A stretch of DNA of 64,000 nucleotides from Nitrospirota bacterium. Its GTDB lineage: Bacteria; Nitrospirota; UBA9217. A program made the position numbers and the translations under genes. This document shows, piece by piece, positions 32,810 through 44,042 of this stretch. Numbering within the stretch: the first letter of the stretch is position 1; every line of letters begins with the position of its first letter. The notes below the pieces were generated by a model. It saw only the letters and a list, made by a program, of their open reading frames with translations. It was not told where the DNA came from and did no database searches. Where the stretch lies: assembly GCA_963796285.1 (NCBI GenBank), contig CAWCKW010000012.1:1024001-1088000 (forward strand), written 5' to 3'.

Positions 32810-33082
32810 ATGAGAAATTGCGGTACGCGCATATTCGAAAACATCAACAAATCCAGGGTCGAGATCATACTCAAAGGCTTGATTGACCACGGTTCTGTCG
32901 TGTCCGGGATCAATCCGTGGGACGTCGACACGCGGAATCATGGCGTACGATTACGGGGAGATTGGATCGAGGAATCATCGAAACTCGCCATTACTATAAC
33001 AGATGCTGACTGGTATGTCCCCGGGAATCAGATATGGGAGAACATAGAATCCCTGATTCGGCTCGTTCAGGAAGACGCGTGA
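32810..33082 (+). CDS. Hypothetical protein
   Basis: 90-aa ORF with purine-rich RBS and protein-like composition. Confidence 0.55.
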   Translation: MRNCGTRIFENINKSRVEIILKGLIDHGSVVSGINPWDVDTRNHGVRLRGDWIEESSKLAITITDADWYVPGNQIWENIESLIRLVQEDA

Positions 33083-33091
33083 ATGCAATCT

Positions 33092-34345
33092 TCACTCGTT
33101 GTTTTTAACCGACGTTTGCAACCTTTTCGTGACGAACAAATAGTTAGCGGTATAGATATAGTCATCGAGATAATTCTTTAAGCCGTCTTTAGTCACATCA
33201 CGTCGCTGATCGCTTAAGTAGGCGCTGAGTTCCTTTTCGGTCATTGAGCCGGGCTTGTTCATATTCATATCGATCTTCGGCGCAACGGTCAGAGGATAGA
33301 TCCTCTTTAAGGTCCCGTCTGAAATAGCGAAACTCGCCTCATATGCCTCTTTTTCCGGCATCAGTTCAGCGATCCAAGTATTGGTATAATCCGGGTCTTT
33401 TTTCACGGAGACGACTCGCGCCCCCATTACGGCCACGTCTGCTGCTTTTATTTCTCCTGTAGAAGAGATAAAGGTGACCCGGATCGAGGTCTTTCCATCC
33501 GACAAAGCGACCGCAGGCTCTTGATGATAGCTCACCATTTCGTCCTGCGCAAACAGGCCGATAACTGCCTTGGCTGTTCGTTCTCCTCTAAACTTCTTGA
33601 ACCTCATCAGAACGCTGTCAAATTGCTGGATCTTGTTCCTGGACGGTTCCGATGCTGCCGTGATCCCGCTTGCACCTGCTGAGCCCGTTGTCGATTGCGA
33701 GACCGACGCCGGTTCAATGGCCGTCCCGGTACCCGAAGACTGCTCAGCTGACAGGCCTCCCTGACCCTCGAACATACTTGACGGACCGACCAGTTTAGCC
33801 GATAGTCCGGCGCCAGCCGGAGCTTTGGAGGCAAGGGAAGTTGCCGCCGATTCACCTGTGATTACGGACGTATTGGAAGTATCTACTGTGGTGTCTGATT
33901 GCTGCGAGATCTGGGAAATAACAGGCAAGGGTTTGCCATTAATATCAGATACACTGCTCTTGAACGCCAGGATCTTCCCCGTACCGTCGCCTCTTCGCGT
34001 AAAGGTCAACATGGCTATAACGCCGGTCCCCGTGACCGGCGTGGTACGTACGATCCCTATACGGACCATGCCGGGTATCGTATCATTGACCGCTACCATC
34101 GCTCCTGAGATCATGTCCCCTTGCGTGAATTGCGGCGAGGCCAGCGTGGTGGAATCGTACGAGACGGTGATGTCCATGGCGGCCACACTATCCATCCCCG
34201 AGCCTTGGAGCGCGTACACTCCGTCACTGGACTGCGAGATGGTCAGCGTGGAGGCGGCAAAACCGTCTTGCGCCAGTCCCCATACCAAGACCACGGCTGT
34301 TAAGAATACAAGTGCCTTCTGCATGACCTTCTGATTCATGACCAT
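33092..34345 (-). CDS. Secreted cohesin-domain protein with a C-terminal dockerin/EF-hand-like motif
   Basis: Signal peptide; VAAMDITVSYDSTTL...GTGVIAMLTF (cohesin-like); Ser/Thr/Ala linker; DVTKDGLKNYLDD. Confidence 0.65.
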   Translation of the reverse strand: MVMNQKVMQKALVFLTAVVLVWGLAQDGFAASTLTISQSSDGVYALQGSGMDSVAAMDITVSYDSTTLASPQFTQGDMISGAMVAVNDTIPGMVRIGIVRTTPVTGTGVIAMLTFTRRGDGTGKILAFKSSVSDINGKPLPVISQISQQSDTTVDTSNTSVITGESAATSLASKAPAGAGLSAKLVGPSSMFEGQGGLSAEQSSGTGTAIEPASVSQSTTGSAGASGITAASEPSRNKIQQFDSVLMRFKKFRGERTAKAVIGLFAQDEMVSYHQEPAVALSDGKTSIRVTFISSTGEIKAADVAVMGARVVSVKKDPDYTNTWIAELMPEKEAYEASFAISDGTLKRIYPLTVAPKIDMNMNKPGSMTEKELSAYLSDQRRDVTKDGLKNYLDDYIYTANYLFVTKRLQTSVKNNE

Positions 34346-34423
34346 TATATCCTCTTTGTACCTTTATCGGCTGTCGCGTCACTTTCACTGCGTACACCGG
34401 TGACATGAGCGTGAAATGACTGT

Positions 34424-34830
34424 TTACTGGAAAGCGACCGTAAAACCTAAATTAATGCCAATGAGAGTTGCACCGTTCAGGTCCACTACCGTGGGGCTTG
34501 AAAGGCTGAAGTCTGCGGCAGTGGGACTGCTGCCCGCTGCAATATCGCAGGACACTTGAGCGAATTCCCCGGTGCTGAAACCGTTCGCATTGACGACCCC
34601 CATGCTGACCTTATAAGTCGACGCCGTGGCGCCGGCAAGGTACACACCGGAGGTATAAGAACCTGCTGCCGTGCCGGATGCCATTATAACTCCGGTATCC
34701 GTTACCATGGTCGACGAGCCGGCGGAGTAGAGACTCGCCTTGGCTGTCACGCCCGCAGGCAGATTGACCGTAACCTGGATGCCGCCGATCTTGGTCCCGG
34801 CAGGCAGCGTGCCTGAGGTTGAGATCATCA
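34424..34830 (-). pseudogene. N-terminally truncated cohesin-like/beta-sandwich surface protein
   Basis: IGGIQVTVNLPAGVT...GFSTGEFAQVSCD...VVDLNG; no signal peptide or clear start. Confidence 0.5.
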
Positions 34831-35028
34831 CGATCCCGAGGTGCAGCGCGTATTCCACGCAAGGACGAATACAAGCAAGGCCACCAGCGCGGTGGCCAGT
34901 TCCACAAGGTTGTGAAAGAGGAGAAAGCTGTACCGGCTGCTGGTGTACATTCCGCAGAGGACAATGATCGACATCAATGCGGCGGGTCCGTGCTTTGATA
35001 GCATATGTTGGTAGGATGATCGTCCCAT
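34828..35028 (-). pseudogene. Fragment of a MASE3-like membrane sensor N-terminus
   Basis: SRYSFLLFHNLVELATALVALLVFVLAWNTR followed soon after by a stop codon. Confidence 0.6.
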
Positions 35029-35161
35029 GCAGTCTGATGACTACTATAATCGAAAAGCCGGTTCAAAAGCAATAGGTTTGAGGATGCCGACCGCCGGCGC
35101 CCCGAGTCCGGGGTGAACCCGCACGGTATTCAGTTGTTACTGCGAACGGTGTTAAACCTGT

Positions 35162-35190
35162 TTGACAATACCCGTGTTTCTGGTTAACAT
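35162..35190 (+). promoter_or_regulatory. Putative sigma-70 promoter
   Basis: TTGACA-N17-TAACAT upstream of the ORF at 35245. Confidence 0.55.
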
Positions 35191-35244
35191 AAGAATGTTG
35201 CGCACATTGATGCATCTTTCCCATTTCAAGGCAGAATATTACTC

Positions 35245-36696
35245 ATGCTTAAAAAAATCACCTCCACGCTCATCCTGCTCTTCTGGTTCGTCATGCTCGG
35301 CCTCCTGATCGATAGGACCTACATCCGACCCTCTTCGGTGATCGCCCTGGATGTGATCACGGAAGAAGGCGTGCGCGCAAGTAACGAATGGTTCGGCATC
35401 TACCAGCAGGGCAGGAAGATCGGCTATGCGCACTCACAGACCATCCCCGAAGCGGAAACCTATCACCTCTTTGAGGAATCGGAGATGGACATCCTCGCAC
35501 TCGGCTCGGTGCAGCGGGTCAGGACGGTCATCAACAGCTACACCACCAGAAATTTTCTGCTCAAGTATTTCGATTTCATGTTGCAATCCGATCTGACCAC
35601 GATGAAGATCAAGGGCGCGGTTCTCAAGAATAAGCTTGTCCTCGATATCGAAACGGGCGGCCAGACGCGGACCGAGAAGATCCAGCTGACCCGTCCGCCC
35701 TACCTCTCACCGAACATCAAGCCGGCCATTCTGCTCCTGGGGCTGGAAACAGGAAAGACCTACCGGTTTCCCCTTTTCAATCCCGCTACCATGAGCACCG
35801 AGGAGGCGACCATTTCCATTGAGTCACGAGAGCGCATCAAGATCGGCAAAACCGAGCAGACCATTTACAAATTGAAAGAATCGTTTCAGGGCATGGAGAC
35901 CACATCGTGGGTCTCGCAGGATGGCGTGACGCTCAAGGAAGAGAGCGCCCTGGGCTATGCACTGCTGAACGAGAGCAGGACGGAGGCGATGAAACGCGAC
36001 AAGGGCGGTCCGATTGTCGACATTATCTCGCTTACGATGATCCCTTCGGACCCGATAAAAGGGTCTTCGCAGGTGACCTATCTGCGTGCCCGGCTGAAAG
36101 GCGTTCCGTTGCAAGGCTTTCAACTGGACAACGACCGCCAGACGCTCAAGGAGGATGTGATCGAGGTCCGCAAGGAAGACCATCCAGCGGCTTATCGCCT
36201 GCCCTATTCCGGAACGGAACTGTCTGATTACCTGATGCCGAATGCGCTGATCCAAAGCGATGACAAAAAGATCATGGAGCAAGCCGCACGGATCCTGTCA
36301 GGCGAAAAGAACGCCTACGAGGCTGCGAAAAAACTGAACGCTTGGGTCTACCATGCATTAACGAAAAAGCCGGTCGTCAGCATACCGAGCGCGCTCGAAG
36401 TCCTGAACCAGCGCGAAGGGGACTGCAACGAACATACCGCGCTGTATACCGCGCTGGCCCGTGCTGCCGGCATCCCGACACGCATGGCAGCCGGCATCGT
36501 GTATATGGAGAATGGTTTCTATTACCATGCCTGGCCCGAGGTATGGGTCGGCACCTGGATGGCCGTTGACCCCACCTTCAACCAGTTCCCTGCTGACGCA
36601 ACGCATATCCGCTTTGCCACGGGAAACCTTGACCGGCAATCTGATATAATCAAGCTGGTCGGGAAGCTGAAAGTGGAGGTGCTGGAATACAAATAG
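35245..36696 (+). CDS. Membrane-anchored transglutaminase-like (Cys-His-Asp) protein
   Basis: N-terminal TM helix; GDCNEH, YHAWPEV, VDPT. Confidence 0.9.
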   Translation: MLKKITSTLILLFWFVMLGLLIDRTYIRPSSVIALDVITEEGVRASNEWFGIYQQGRKIGYAHSQTIPEAETYHLFEESEMDILALGSVQRVRTVINSYTTRNFLLKYFDFMLQSDLTTMKIKGAVLKNKLVLDIETGGQTRTEKIQLTRPPYLSPNIKPAILLLGLETGKTYRFPLFNPATMSTEEATISIESRERIKIGKTEQTIYKLKESFQGMETTSWVSQDGVTLKEESALGYALLNESRTEAMKRDKGGPIVDIISLTMIPSDPIKGSSQVTYLRARLKGVPLQGFQLDNDRQTLKEDVIEVRKEDHPAAYRLPYSGTELSDYLMPNALIQSDDKKIMEQAARILSGEKNAYEAAKKLNAWVYHALTKKPVVSIPSALEVLNQREGDCNEHTALYTALARAAGIPTRMAAGIVYMENGFYYHAWPEVWVGTWMAVDPTFNQFPADATHIRFATGNLDRQSDIIKLVGKLKVEVLEYK

Positions 36697-36708
36697 AATA
36701 TTTTTTTC

Positions 36709-36787
36709 ACCGCGGAGACGCCGAGACGCGGAGATAAAAACCTTAAGGATTAATTTGTTTCCTCTGCGTGCTCTGCGGCTCTGCGGT
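36709..36787. repeat. Nonamer-array inverted repeat element
   Basis: ACCGCGGAGACGCCGAGACGCGGAGA...CTCTGCGTGCTCTGCGGCTCTGCGGT. Confidence 0.8.
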
Positions 36788-36801
36788 AAAACTATAAATT
36801 T

Positions 36802-37530
36802 ATGATAAAACTCACAAACCTCACCAAGAACTACGGCAAGCTCATTGCCGTGAACAAGATCAATCTCGAAGTGGCGCGGGGCGAGATCTTCGGCTTCCTC
36901 GGTCCGAACGGCGCGGGCAAGACCACGACCATCAAGATGATGGCGGGTCTGCTCCAGCCTACGGATGGCAGCATCCTCATCGGCGGCCACGATGTTCAGA
37001 AGGAGCCCCTCAAGGCAAAGTTCATTACCGGCTTCATACCTGACAGGCCGTTCCTGTATGAAAAGCTCACGGCAATGGAATTCATGCATTTCGTGGCCGA
37101 GCTCTACGGAATGAGGGACTCGAACAAGCGCGTGAGTGAGCTCCTCGTTCTGTTCGGACTTCCTGAGTGGGCCGATGAGCTGGTCGAGAACTTCTCCCAT
37201 GGCATGAAACAGCGCCTCGTCATGGCCGCGGCCCTGCTGCATGACCCGAAAGTCCTGGTCGTGGACGAGCCCATGGTCGGTCTTGACCCGCGCGGCGCGC
37301 GACTCGTAAAGGACATCTTCAAGGACCTCGCTGCAAAGGGCGTCACCGTGTTCATGTCCACGCACACGCTCGAGATCGTGGAGCAGATGTGCACGCGTGT
37401 AGCTATCATCAATAAAGGCGATATCATCGCCGAAGGCAGTGTCGAAGACCTCGGCCGTATGGCGCTCATGCCCGAAAGCCATCTGGAACCGATCTTCCTG
37501 AAACTGACCGGAGGGGATGAAACAATTTAA
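36802..37530 (+). CDS. ABC transporter ATP-binding protein
   Basis: GPNGAGKTT, FSHGMKQR, VVDEP, STH. Confidence 0.95.
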   Translation: MIKLTNLTKNYGKLIAVNKINLEVARGEIFGFLGPNGAGKTTTIKMMAGLLQPTDGSILIGGHDVQKEPLKAKFITGFIPDRPFLYEKLTAMEFMHFVAELYGMRDSNKRVSELLVLFGLPEWADELVENFSHGMKQRLVMAAALLHDPKVLVVDEPMVGLDPRGARLVKDIFKDLAAKGVTVFMSTHTLEIVEQMCTRVAIINKGDIIAEGSVEDLGRMALMPESHLEPIFLKLTGGDETI

Positions 37531-37559
37531 ACTAGACGATCTGGAACGAAAACCTCGGA

Positions 37560-37650
37560 ACCGCGAAGGCGCGATGATCGCGAAGGACTGCCAAGAACAA
37601 ATCAGGTTTAATAACCGAATAGTTGATATTCCCTAAGCGTCCTTCGCGGT
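37560..37650. repeat. Nonamer-array inverted repeat element
   Basis: Perfect 10-bp terminal inverted repeat ACCGCGAAGG/CCTTCGCGGT. Confidence 0.7.
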
Positions 37651-37746
37651 AAAATTCTTTTTATCTGACCCGAGCAGTTACTTTAGGACATATGAGATTC
37701 ACGCAAAATTTCGTTCCTTCATAGCTCATGCTCTTTACAGGATACT

Positions 37747-39435
37747 ATGCTTCTGCTCCTCACCCCGCGATACTATGCCATAAAGAACCGGCTCACCCGC
37801 CTCGCTCCCGGTGACGGGCTGAAAACCGCTGTCCTCGGCTTGCTCGGCCTGGGCTTCTGGGCCTTCATGTATGGCATATCATTCAAGGTCCTCTCCTACT
37901 TCCGGACCATCGAAGGCCTGGGCGACCTGCTCGCGCTCCGGCTGTTGTCTATGGTCCTGCTGACGTTCTTCTCGATCCTCTTGTTCAGCAACATCGTCAC
38001 GTCGCTGTCCACCTTCTACCTTTCAGGGGAACTCGAAATTCTGCACTCCGTTCCGATAAGAACAGAGAATATCTTTCGCGCGAAGTTCATCGAGACGATC
38101 ATTGACTCATCATGGATGACGCTCATCTATGGCCTGCCCGTCTTTATTGCTTACGGCATGGTATTCAAAGCCTCGGTCTTCTACTACCTCGGCCTCGTGC
38201 TCACCATCATCCCTTTTTTGATCATCCCCGCCGGGATCGGCATCGTGGTGACCATGCTGCTCGTGAACGCATTCCCGGCCCGCAGGGCCAAGGACGTTCT
38301 GGTGCTCCTGAGCCTTGTGTTCTTCATGGTCCTGTACATCCTGCTGCGCATGCTTAAACCCGAGAAGCTCGTTGACCCCGATACGTTTCCGTCCCTCGTC
38401 CAGTATCTGACAGCCCTGCGTGCGCCGGTGTCGCCCCTGCTGCCGAGCTTCTGGGCGACGGAGACCCTTTCCCCCCTGCTTCGCCGGATCAAGGGCGAAT
38501 CGGTTTTTTACCTGCTCATGCTGTGGAGCACCGCCGGCGCAGGGATCGTGATCGGGGAGTGGGTCTGCGGCAAGATCTACTACACCGGATGGTCGCGATC
38601 GCAGGAGGGGAAAAAATCGCCGATCTCGCGCTCGCGCATTGCGGATGCGTTCTTCCGCTTCGTATCCCTGCCGTTCCGGGGAAAGATGCGCGCCATTGTA
38701 GTAAAGGACGTGAAGCTTTTTTTCCGCGACACGTCACAATGGTCGCAGCTTTTCCTCATCTTCGCGCTCATGGTCGTGTACATTTACAGCTTCAAGCTTC
38801 TGCCCCTGGAGCGCGCGGCCATGCCGAGCTTCTTTCTCCAGAATTTGATCTCCTTCCTGAACCTCGGCATGGTCGGGTTCGTGACCGCATCGGTCGCCAT
38901 ACGGTTCGTGTTCCCCGCCGTCAGCCTCGAGGGAGCCTCGTTCTGGATCATCCGCTCTGCCCCGCTGTCGATCAGGCAATTCCTCTGGTCGAAGTTCTGG
39001 AGCAGCCTCCTGCCGCTCATGGTGCTGTCCGAGATATTGATCGTGCTCTCGAACACACTGCTCAAGGTCACGCCCTTCATGATGTGGCTCGGCATCGCCA
39101 CGGTCTTTGTGATAACCTTCGGCATCACCGCCCTCGGCGTTGGCCTGGGCGCGGTATTCCCCAAGTTCAAGCACGAGAACGTGGCACAGATCCCGACGGG
39201 TTTCGGCGGCATCGTGTACATGCTGTTGACCATGCTGTTCATCGGCATCGTGATCACGCTCGAGGCCTGGCCGGTGTACAGGATCTTCATGGCCCAGACC
39301 GCTGGTTACAACATCTCGATCACGGGATGGATATCCATTGCCATTTCGATCGTCGCGGTCCTGGCCGTCAATGTTCTAGCGCTCTTTTTGCCCATGAAGA
39401 TCGGGCTTGAACGACTGAAACAGCGCGAAATATAG
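37747..39435 (+). CDS. Putative ABC-2 type permease
   Basis: 562 aa with many TM helices; SLEGASFWIIRSAP; follows the ABC ATPase. Confidence 0.85.
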   Translation: MLLLLTPRYYAIKNRLTRLAPGDGLKTAVLGLLGLGFWAFMYGISFKVLSYFRTIEGLGDLLALRLLSMVLLTFFSILLFSNIVTSLSTFYLSGELEILHSVPIRTENIFRAKFIETIIDSSWMTLIYGLPVFIAYGMVFKASVFYYLGLVLTIIPFLIIPAGIGIVVTMLLVNAFPARRAKDVLVLLSLVFFMVLYILLRMLKPEKLVDPDTFPSLVQYLTALRAPVSPLLPSFWATETLSPLLRRIKGESVFYLLMLWSTAGAGIVIGEWVCGKIYYTGWSRSQEGKKSPISRSRIADAFFRFVSLPFRGKMRAIVVKDVKLFFRDTSQWSQLFLIFALMVVYIYSFKLLPLERAAMPSFFLQNLISFLNLGMVGFVTASVAIRFVFPAVSLEGASFWIIRSAPLSIRQFLWSKFWSSLLPLMVLSEILIVLSNTLLKVTPFMMWLGIATVFVITFGITALGVGLGAVFPKFKHENVAQIPTGFGGIVYMLLTMLFIGIVITLEAWPVYRIFMAQTAGYNISITGWISIAISIVAVLAVNVLALFLPMKIGLERLKQREI

Positions 39436-39446
39436 GTTTTCAACAA

Positions 39447-39530
39447 CCACAATATATAGTGCCTCCCCTGGAAACCAATACCTTACCTTGTTATTTTTCC
39501 CTTTACAAACCCCATTTCATATGATATAAA
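39447..39530 (+). promoter_or_regulatory. NrdR-like box plus sigma-70 promoter upstream of smc
   Basis: CCACAATATATAGTGC at 39447-39462; TTTACA-N17-TATAAA at 39502-39530. Confidence 0.55.
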
Positions 39531-39586
39531 CGTGCTAATAACTGGTTTAATAAATCTTCCACCCGTCTATTTTCATGAGGAGACCT

Positions 39587-42500
39587 ATGCAGCTTAAAAC
39601 CCTGGAAATGATCGGTTTTAAATCCTTCTCAGACAAGACTGTCATTGCGTTCCAGCCAGGCATCACCGCTGTGGTTGGCCCGAACGGCTGCGGCAAGAGC
39701 AACATCTCGGACGCCATCCGCTGGGTGCTCGGTGAACAGAGCGCCAAGCATCTTCGCGGCGACAAGATGGAAGACGTGATCTTCAACGGAAGCGAGAGCC
39801 GCAAACCTCTGGGCATGGCCGAGGTCACCCTCAGGCTCACGAACGTCAGAGGGAACCTTTACCTCGTCTGAGTTCGGCCACTATCAGGAGATCGAGATCA
39901 CCCGCCGCCTCTACCGCTCCGGTGAAAGCGAATACCTCATCAACAAGATCCCCTGCCGCCTCAAGGACATCCGCGATCTCATGATGGATGCCGGGGTAGG
40001 CGCGAGGATCCACGCCATCATCGAACAGGACAAAGTGGACCAGATCCTCTCCTCCAAACCGCAGGACCGCAGGTTCCTGTTCGAGGAGGTGGCCGGGGTG
40101 ATGAAATACAAGGCCCGCCGCCAGGAGGCGCTCTCCAAGCTCGAATCGACCAACCAGAACCTGCTCCGAGTGAATGACATCATCATCGAGGTGAAACGCC
40201 AGGTCAACTCCCTCGACCGGCAGGCCAGGAAAGCCGAGCGGTATCAAAAGCTCCGCGCTGAAATGAAGGACCTTGACTTCCGTCTGGCCTCCGTCGAGTA
40301 CTCGGGCCTCGGGACCGAATGGACCGCGTCTTCCGAGGAATTCAAAAAACTGGAAGACGAAGTAACTGCGCTCCACGCATCCCTCGGCAGGATCGAGTCC
40401 GCCATCGAAGAGACCCGGGCTGATGCCCTGTCCGCGGAGCATGAACTCGGTGCGCTCCAGCACAAGATCCACGAGACCGAGACCGCGCTCAGCCGCGCCG
40501 AGCATCGCGTGGAGATGTCCAAGAGTCACAGATCGCGGCGCTTATCGAGCAGCGCAGCCGCGACCAGGCAGACAGGGAGTACCTGAAGCAGGAGACCGCG
40601 CGGGTTGCCGGGCAAAAGGTCCGGCACGAAGACGAGTCCGCGCTACTGGGCATCTCGATCAACGAAAGAAACGCCATTCTGACCGATAGGAACACGGACC
40701 TGGAATCCCTCTCCCGGGCGCTCACGGAACAGGAACTTTCGCTCGAGGAGACCAGGGCCGGGATCCTGAACGCCATGACGGCCACGGCCACGGAGAAATC
40801 CCGGATCGTAAACCTTGAATCACGGATCGCGCAGATAGCCGAACAGGACGCTCGTGACTTGTCAGAAAAGAGGGACCTCGAGCAGAGGCTCGCCGAGTTC
40901 AGGTCCCGTCTCACGGGAAAGGAACATGAGATCGAGGAGCTGGCAGCCCGGAGGAATACGGCCCAGGAAGAACGCATGGACGTGGCCGACCGGCTGGAGC
41001 AGGCGCTCGCGAAGAAGAAAACTCTCGATGTAGGACTGAACGAAAACAAGAACAGGCTCGCGGGCCAGCGGGCGCGTCTTCGCTCCCTGCTCGAACTTGA
41101 ACAGAGCCTTGAAGGCTATCAGAAGGGCGTACGGACAGTCATGTCCGCGCGCAAGGAAGCTTCCTCCGTTGAGAACCTCGGGACCATCCACGGCCTCGTG
41201 GCCGACATGATCGAGACCGAACCGAAGTATGAGGTAGCGATCGAGGCTGTGCTCGGCGACCGGCTGCAGTATGTTGTGGTGGACTCCCAGACCGATTCGC
41301 TCAAGGCCATCGACTACCTCAAGGCGAAAAGCGGCGGCAGGAGCACCTTTGTGCCCAAAATGACCCGCGAGATAAAATCAGAACCCTATGTAAAGAACGG
41401 CCATGCCGGCGTTATCGGATCCGCCTTGAACATCGTGCGCTACAAGGACACGTACAGCAGCGTGGCCCAATATCTGCTCGGCGACGTGGTCGTTGTTGAC
41501 ACGATGGACACCGCCCTCTACTTGTGGCAGAAGAACGGCTTCGACAAGACCGTCGTCACCCTGTCCGGAGAGATCGTTGACCCCTGGGGCGCGGTCACCG
41601 GAGGCACCGTCGAGGCGACCGGTACCGGTATGCTGACCAAGCGCCGCGAGATCAAGGACCTTGAGCACGAGCTGGCGGAACTCGGGACCCAGATCGCCTT
41701 GCTCGAAGCGGAGCTTATTTCCGTCGAGGCATCGATCGCATCGGATACCAGGATCGAGGCCGAGCTCTCCCAGCAGATCCACCGCATGGAGCTCGAGTTC
41801 GTGAACAGCGAAAAGGACTGCACGACCATCAGGGACGACATCGGCCGCGCAACAGAACGCGTCAGGACACTCGATGCCGAGGCGGCAGAACGTGCGACCT
41901 TGCGGCTTGAACTGAACAGCGGAATCGAACAGTCGAGGGAAGCGCTCCGAAACCACGAGACCGGCCATTCGAACGCCCAGGCGAACATCGAGGCGATCCA
42001 GGCGGAACTTTTCCGCAAGAAGGAAGGGCTTGATGCGGCACGCTCCGCGATCACCGAACTCAAAATGGAACTCACTGCGCTCCAGGAAAAACAGGCAGCG
42101 GCCGCCAGGAACATCGAGGCCCTCGTCCGAACGGAAATGGAACTGAACGAACGACTTGCGAAGCGTGAGGCTGAGATCACCGGCATCGCCGCGAAACTCA
42201 TGGAGCTCGAATCCTCCATATCGGAAGCGGAGACCGAGATCAGGCAGCATATCGAGGTCCTGGAAGCGGAACGCCGGGTCCTGGTTTTGAAGCAGGAATC
42301 CCACGCAGCAAAAACGCAGGCCCTCCATGATGCCGAGGAACAGGCCCGTCAGGAACGCCACGACATCGAGGCCGCTCAGAAAAGACTTTCGGCCAATGAG
42401 GTCAAACGCACCGAGCTCCGCATGAGGATCGAGCACCTGAAGGACACCATCTGGAACGCCTATCACACCGAGCTCGATATCGTGGTCCAGGAACTTGGTC

Positions 42501-43174
42501 AGTTCGAGATCGATCGGGAAGGATCGAAGGCACAGGCCGAGGACCTGCGCCAGAAGATCGACCAGATGGGCCCCATCAACGTGGATGCGCTCCAGGAATA
42601 CAACGAGTTGAAGGAACGCTACGACATCCTGAGCGCGCAGCAAAACGACATCAACGAGTCTGTCAGCAACCTCAAGTCCACCATCGCGAAGCTTGACGGC
42701 GAGACGAGGGAACTCTTCAGTGAGGCCTTCAATTCCATCCAGGAAAAATTCAAGGAAGTCTTTTCCCTCCTGTTCGAGGGAGGCAGGGCCGAACTCGTGC
42801 TCCTCGATGAATCGAACATCCTCGAGTCGGGCATCGAGATCATTGCCCAGCCCCGGGGCAAAAAATTTCAGAGCATCACGCTGCTTTCGGGCGGCGAACG
42901 GGCACTGACGGCCATTGCCCTGCTCTTCGCGGCCTTCCTGGTCAAACCGAGCCCCTTCTGCATGCTCGACGAGGTCGACGCGCCGCTCGATGAAGCGAAC
43001 GTAACGCGCTTCACCCGCCTTATTCGAGAGATGAGCAGCCGGTCACAGTTCATCACCATCACCCACAACAAGCGGACCATGGAGATGGCCGATGCCCTCT
43101 ACGGCATCACCATGGAAGAACCGGGCTGTTCCCGCGTGGTCTCGGTCAAGCTCCGCGAACCCGTCATGGCGTAA
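39587..43174 (+). CDS. smc: Chromosome segregation protein SMC; frameshifts ~39855 and ~40525-40555
   Basis: [14 protein letters not shown], coiled coils, hinge [21 protein letters not shown]. Confidence 0.95.
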
Positions 43175-44042
43175 ATGAGTGCAGGATCAAGGGTTCGGAG
43201 TGCAGGGTTCATGTTAAGAGTAGTTTATCCCCTGTGCCCTGATCCTGACCCCTGTACCCTGTCTCAGGAACGTTCAACTTCCCGTTCATCCGACCCTATG
43301 ATATTCTCCTCTTTATGTTCAGTACCTTCCGATCGATAATTGTAAATGCTACTGCAGCGGTTTGTTGTACGTTCCTGTGCATGTCCTGCCGGCAATACCC
43401 TTCACTGCCTATACAGAAACACCGGGGTTGAACAGCATCAAGACGCTCATTCGCCCGGGGAAGGGTTCCAGCGGTTCAAGATCGTTTTCGAGCCAGATGC
43501 CTACTACACAGACCTTGATCTTATCATCGCGCTTACCAGGATGCCGCAGATGGCCCTTTTGCTTGCAGCCGGTTTTGTATGGGGATCAAAAAGGAAAGAT
43601 ATCGGCGCGCTCGCCGCAGGCGGGGGAAAAGACGATTTTCAGTTGATTCTCCGGCCGAATATCGAGTTTTGAGATAAAGGAACACGTGAGGGCAGGCAGT
43701 ATCAACGGGACCTGTGTTCGTGCTGCCAGCGCCTGCTGCTGATATTCGTTGTATTCGGTGTGAACCGCATGGAAATCGGGGGCCCGTCGCGACGGGATTG
43801 CCCGCCCGAGCACGGACGAGTGCATCGTCACCGCGTCAGGTGTAGATGACCTTCATAAAGGGAAGAACCCGGTCCGATGATGACTGCGAACAAGCGGCGT
43901 CCTGGTGCGTGTGGCGATGTCCAACTCTCCCGTGAACAGCCGAGACACGTCTGAGCGGACAGAGGCACCGGCTCCAGGGAAAGGCGGCAGCTCTTCTCAT
44001 TCCCCGTCAGTACACCCATGGTCATCGGCATCGCGCCCTACG

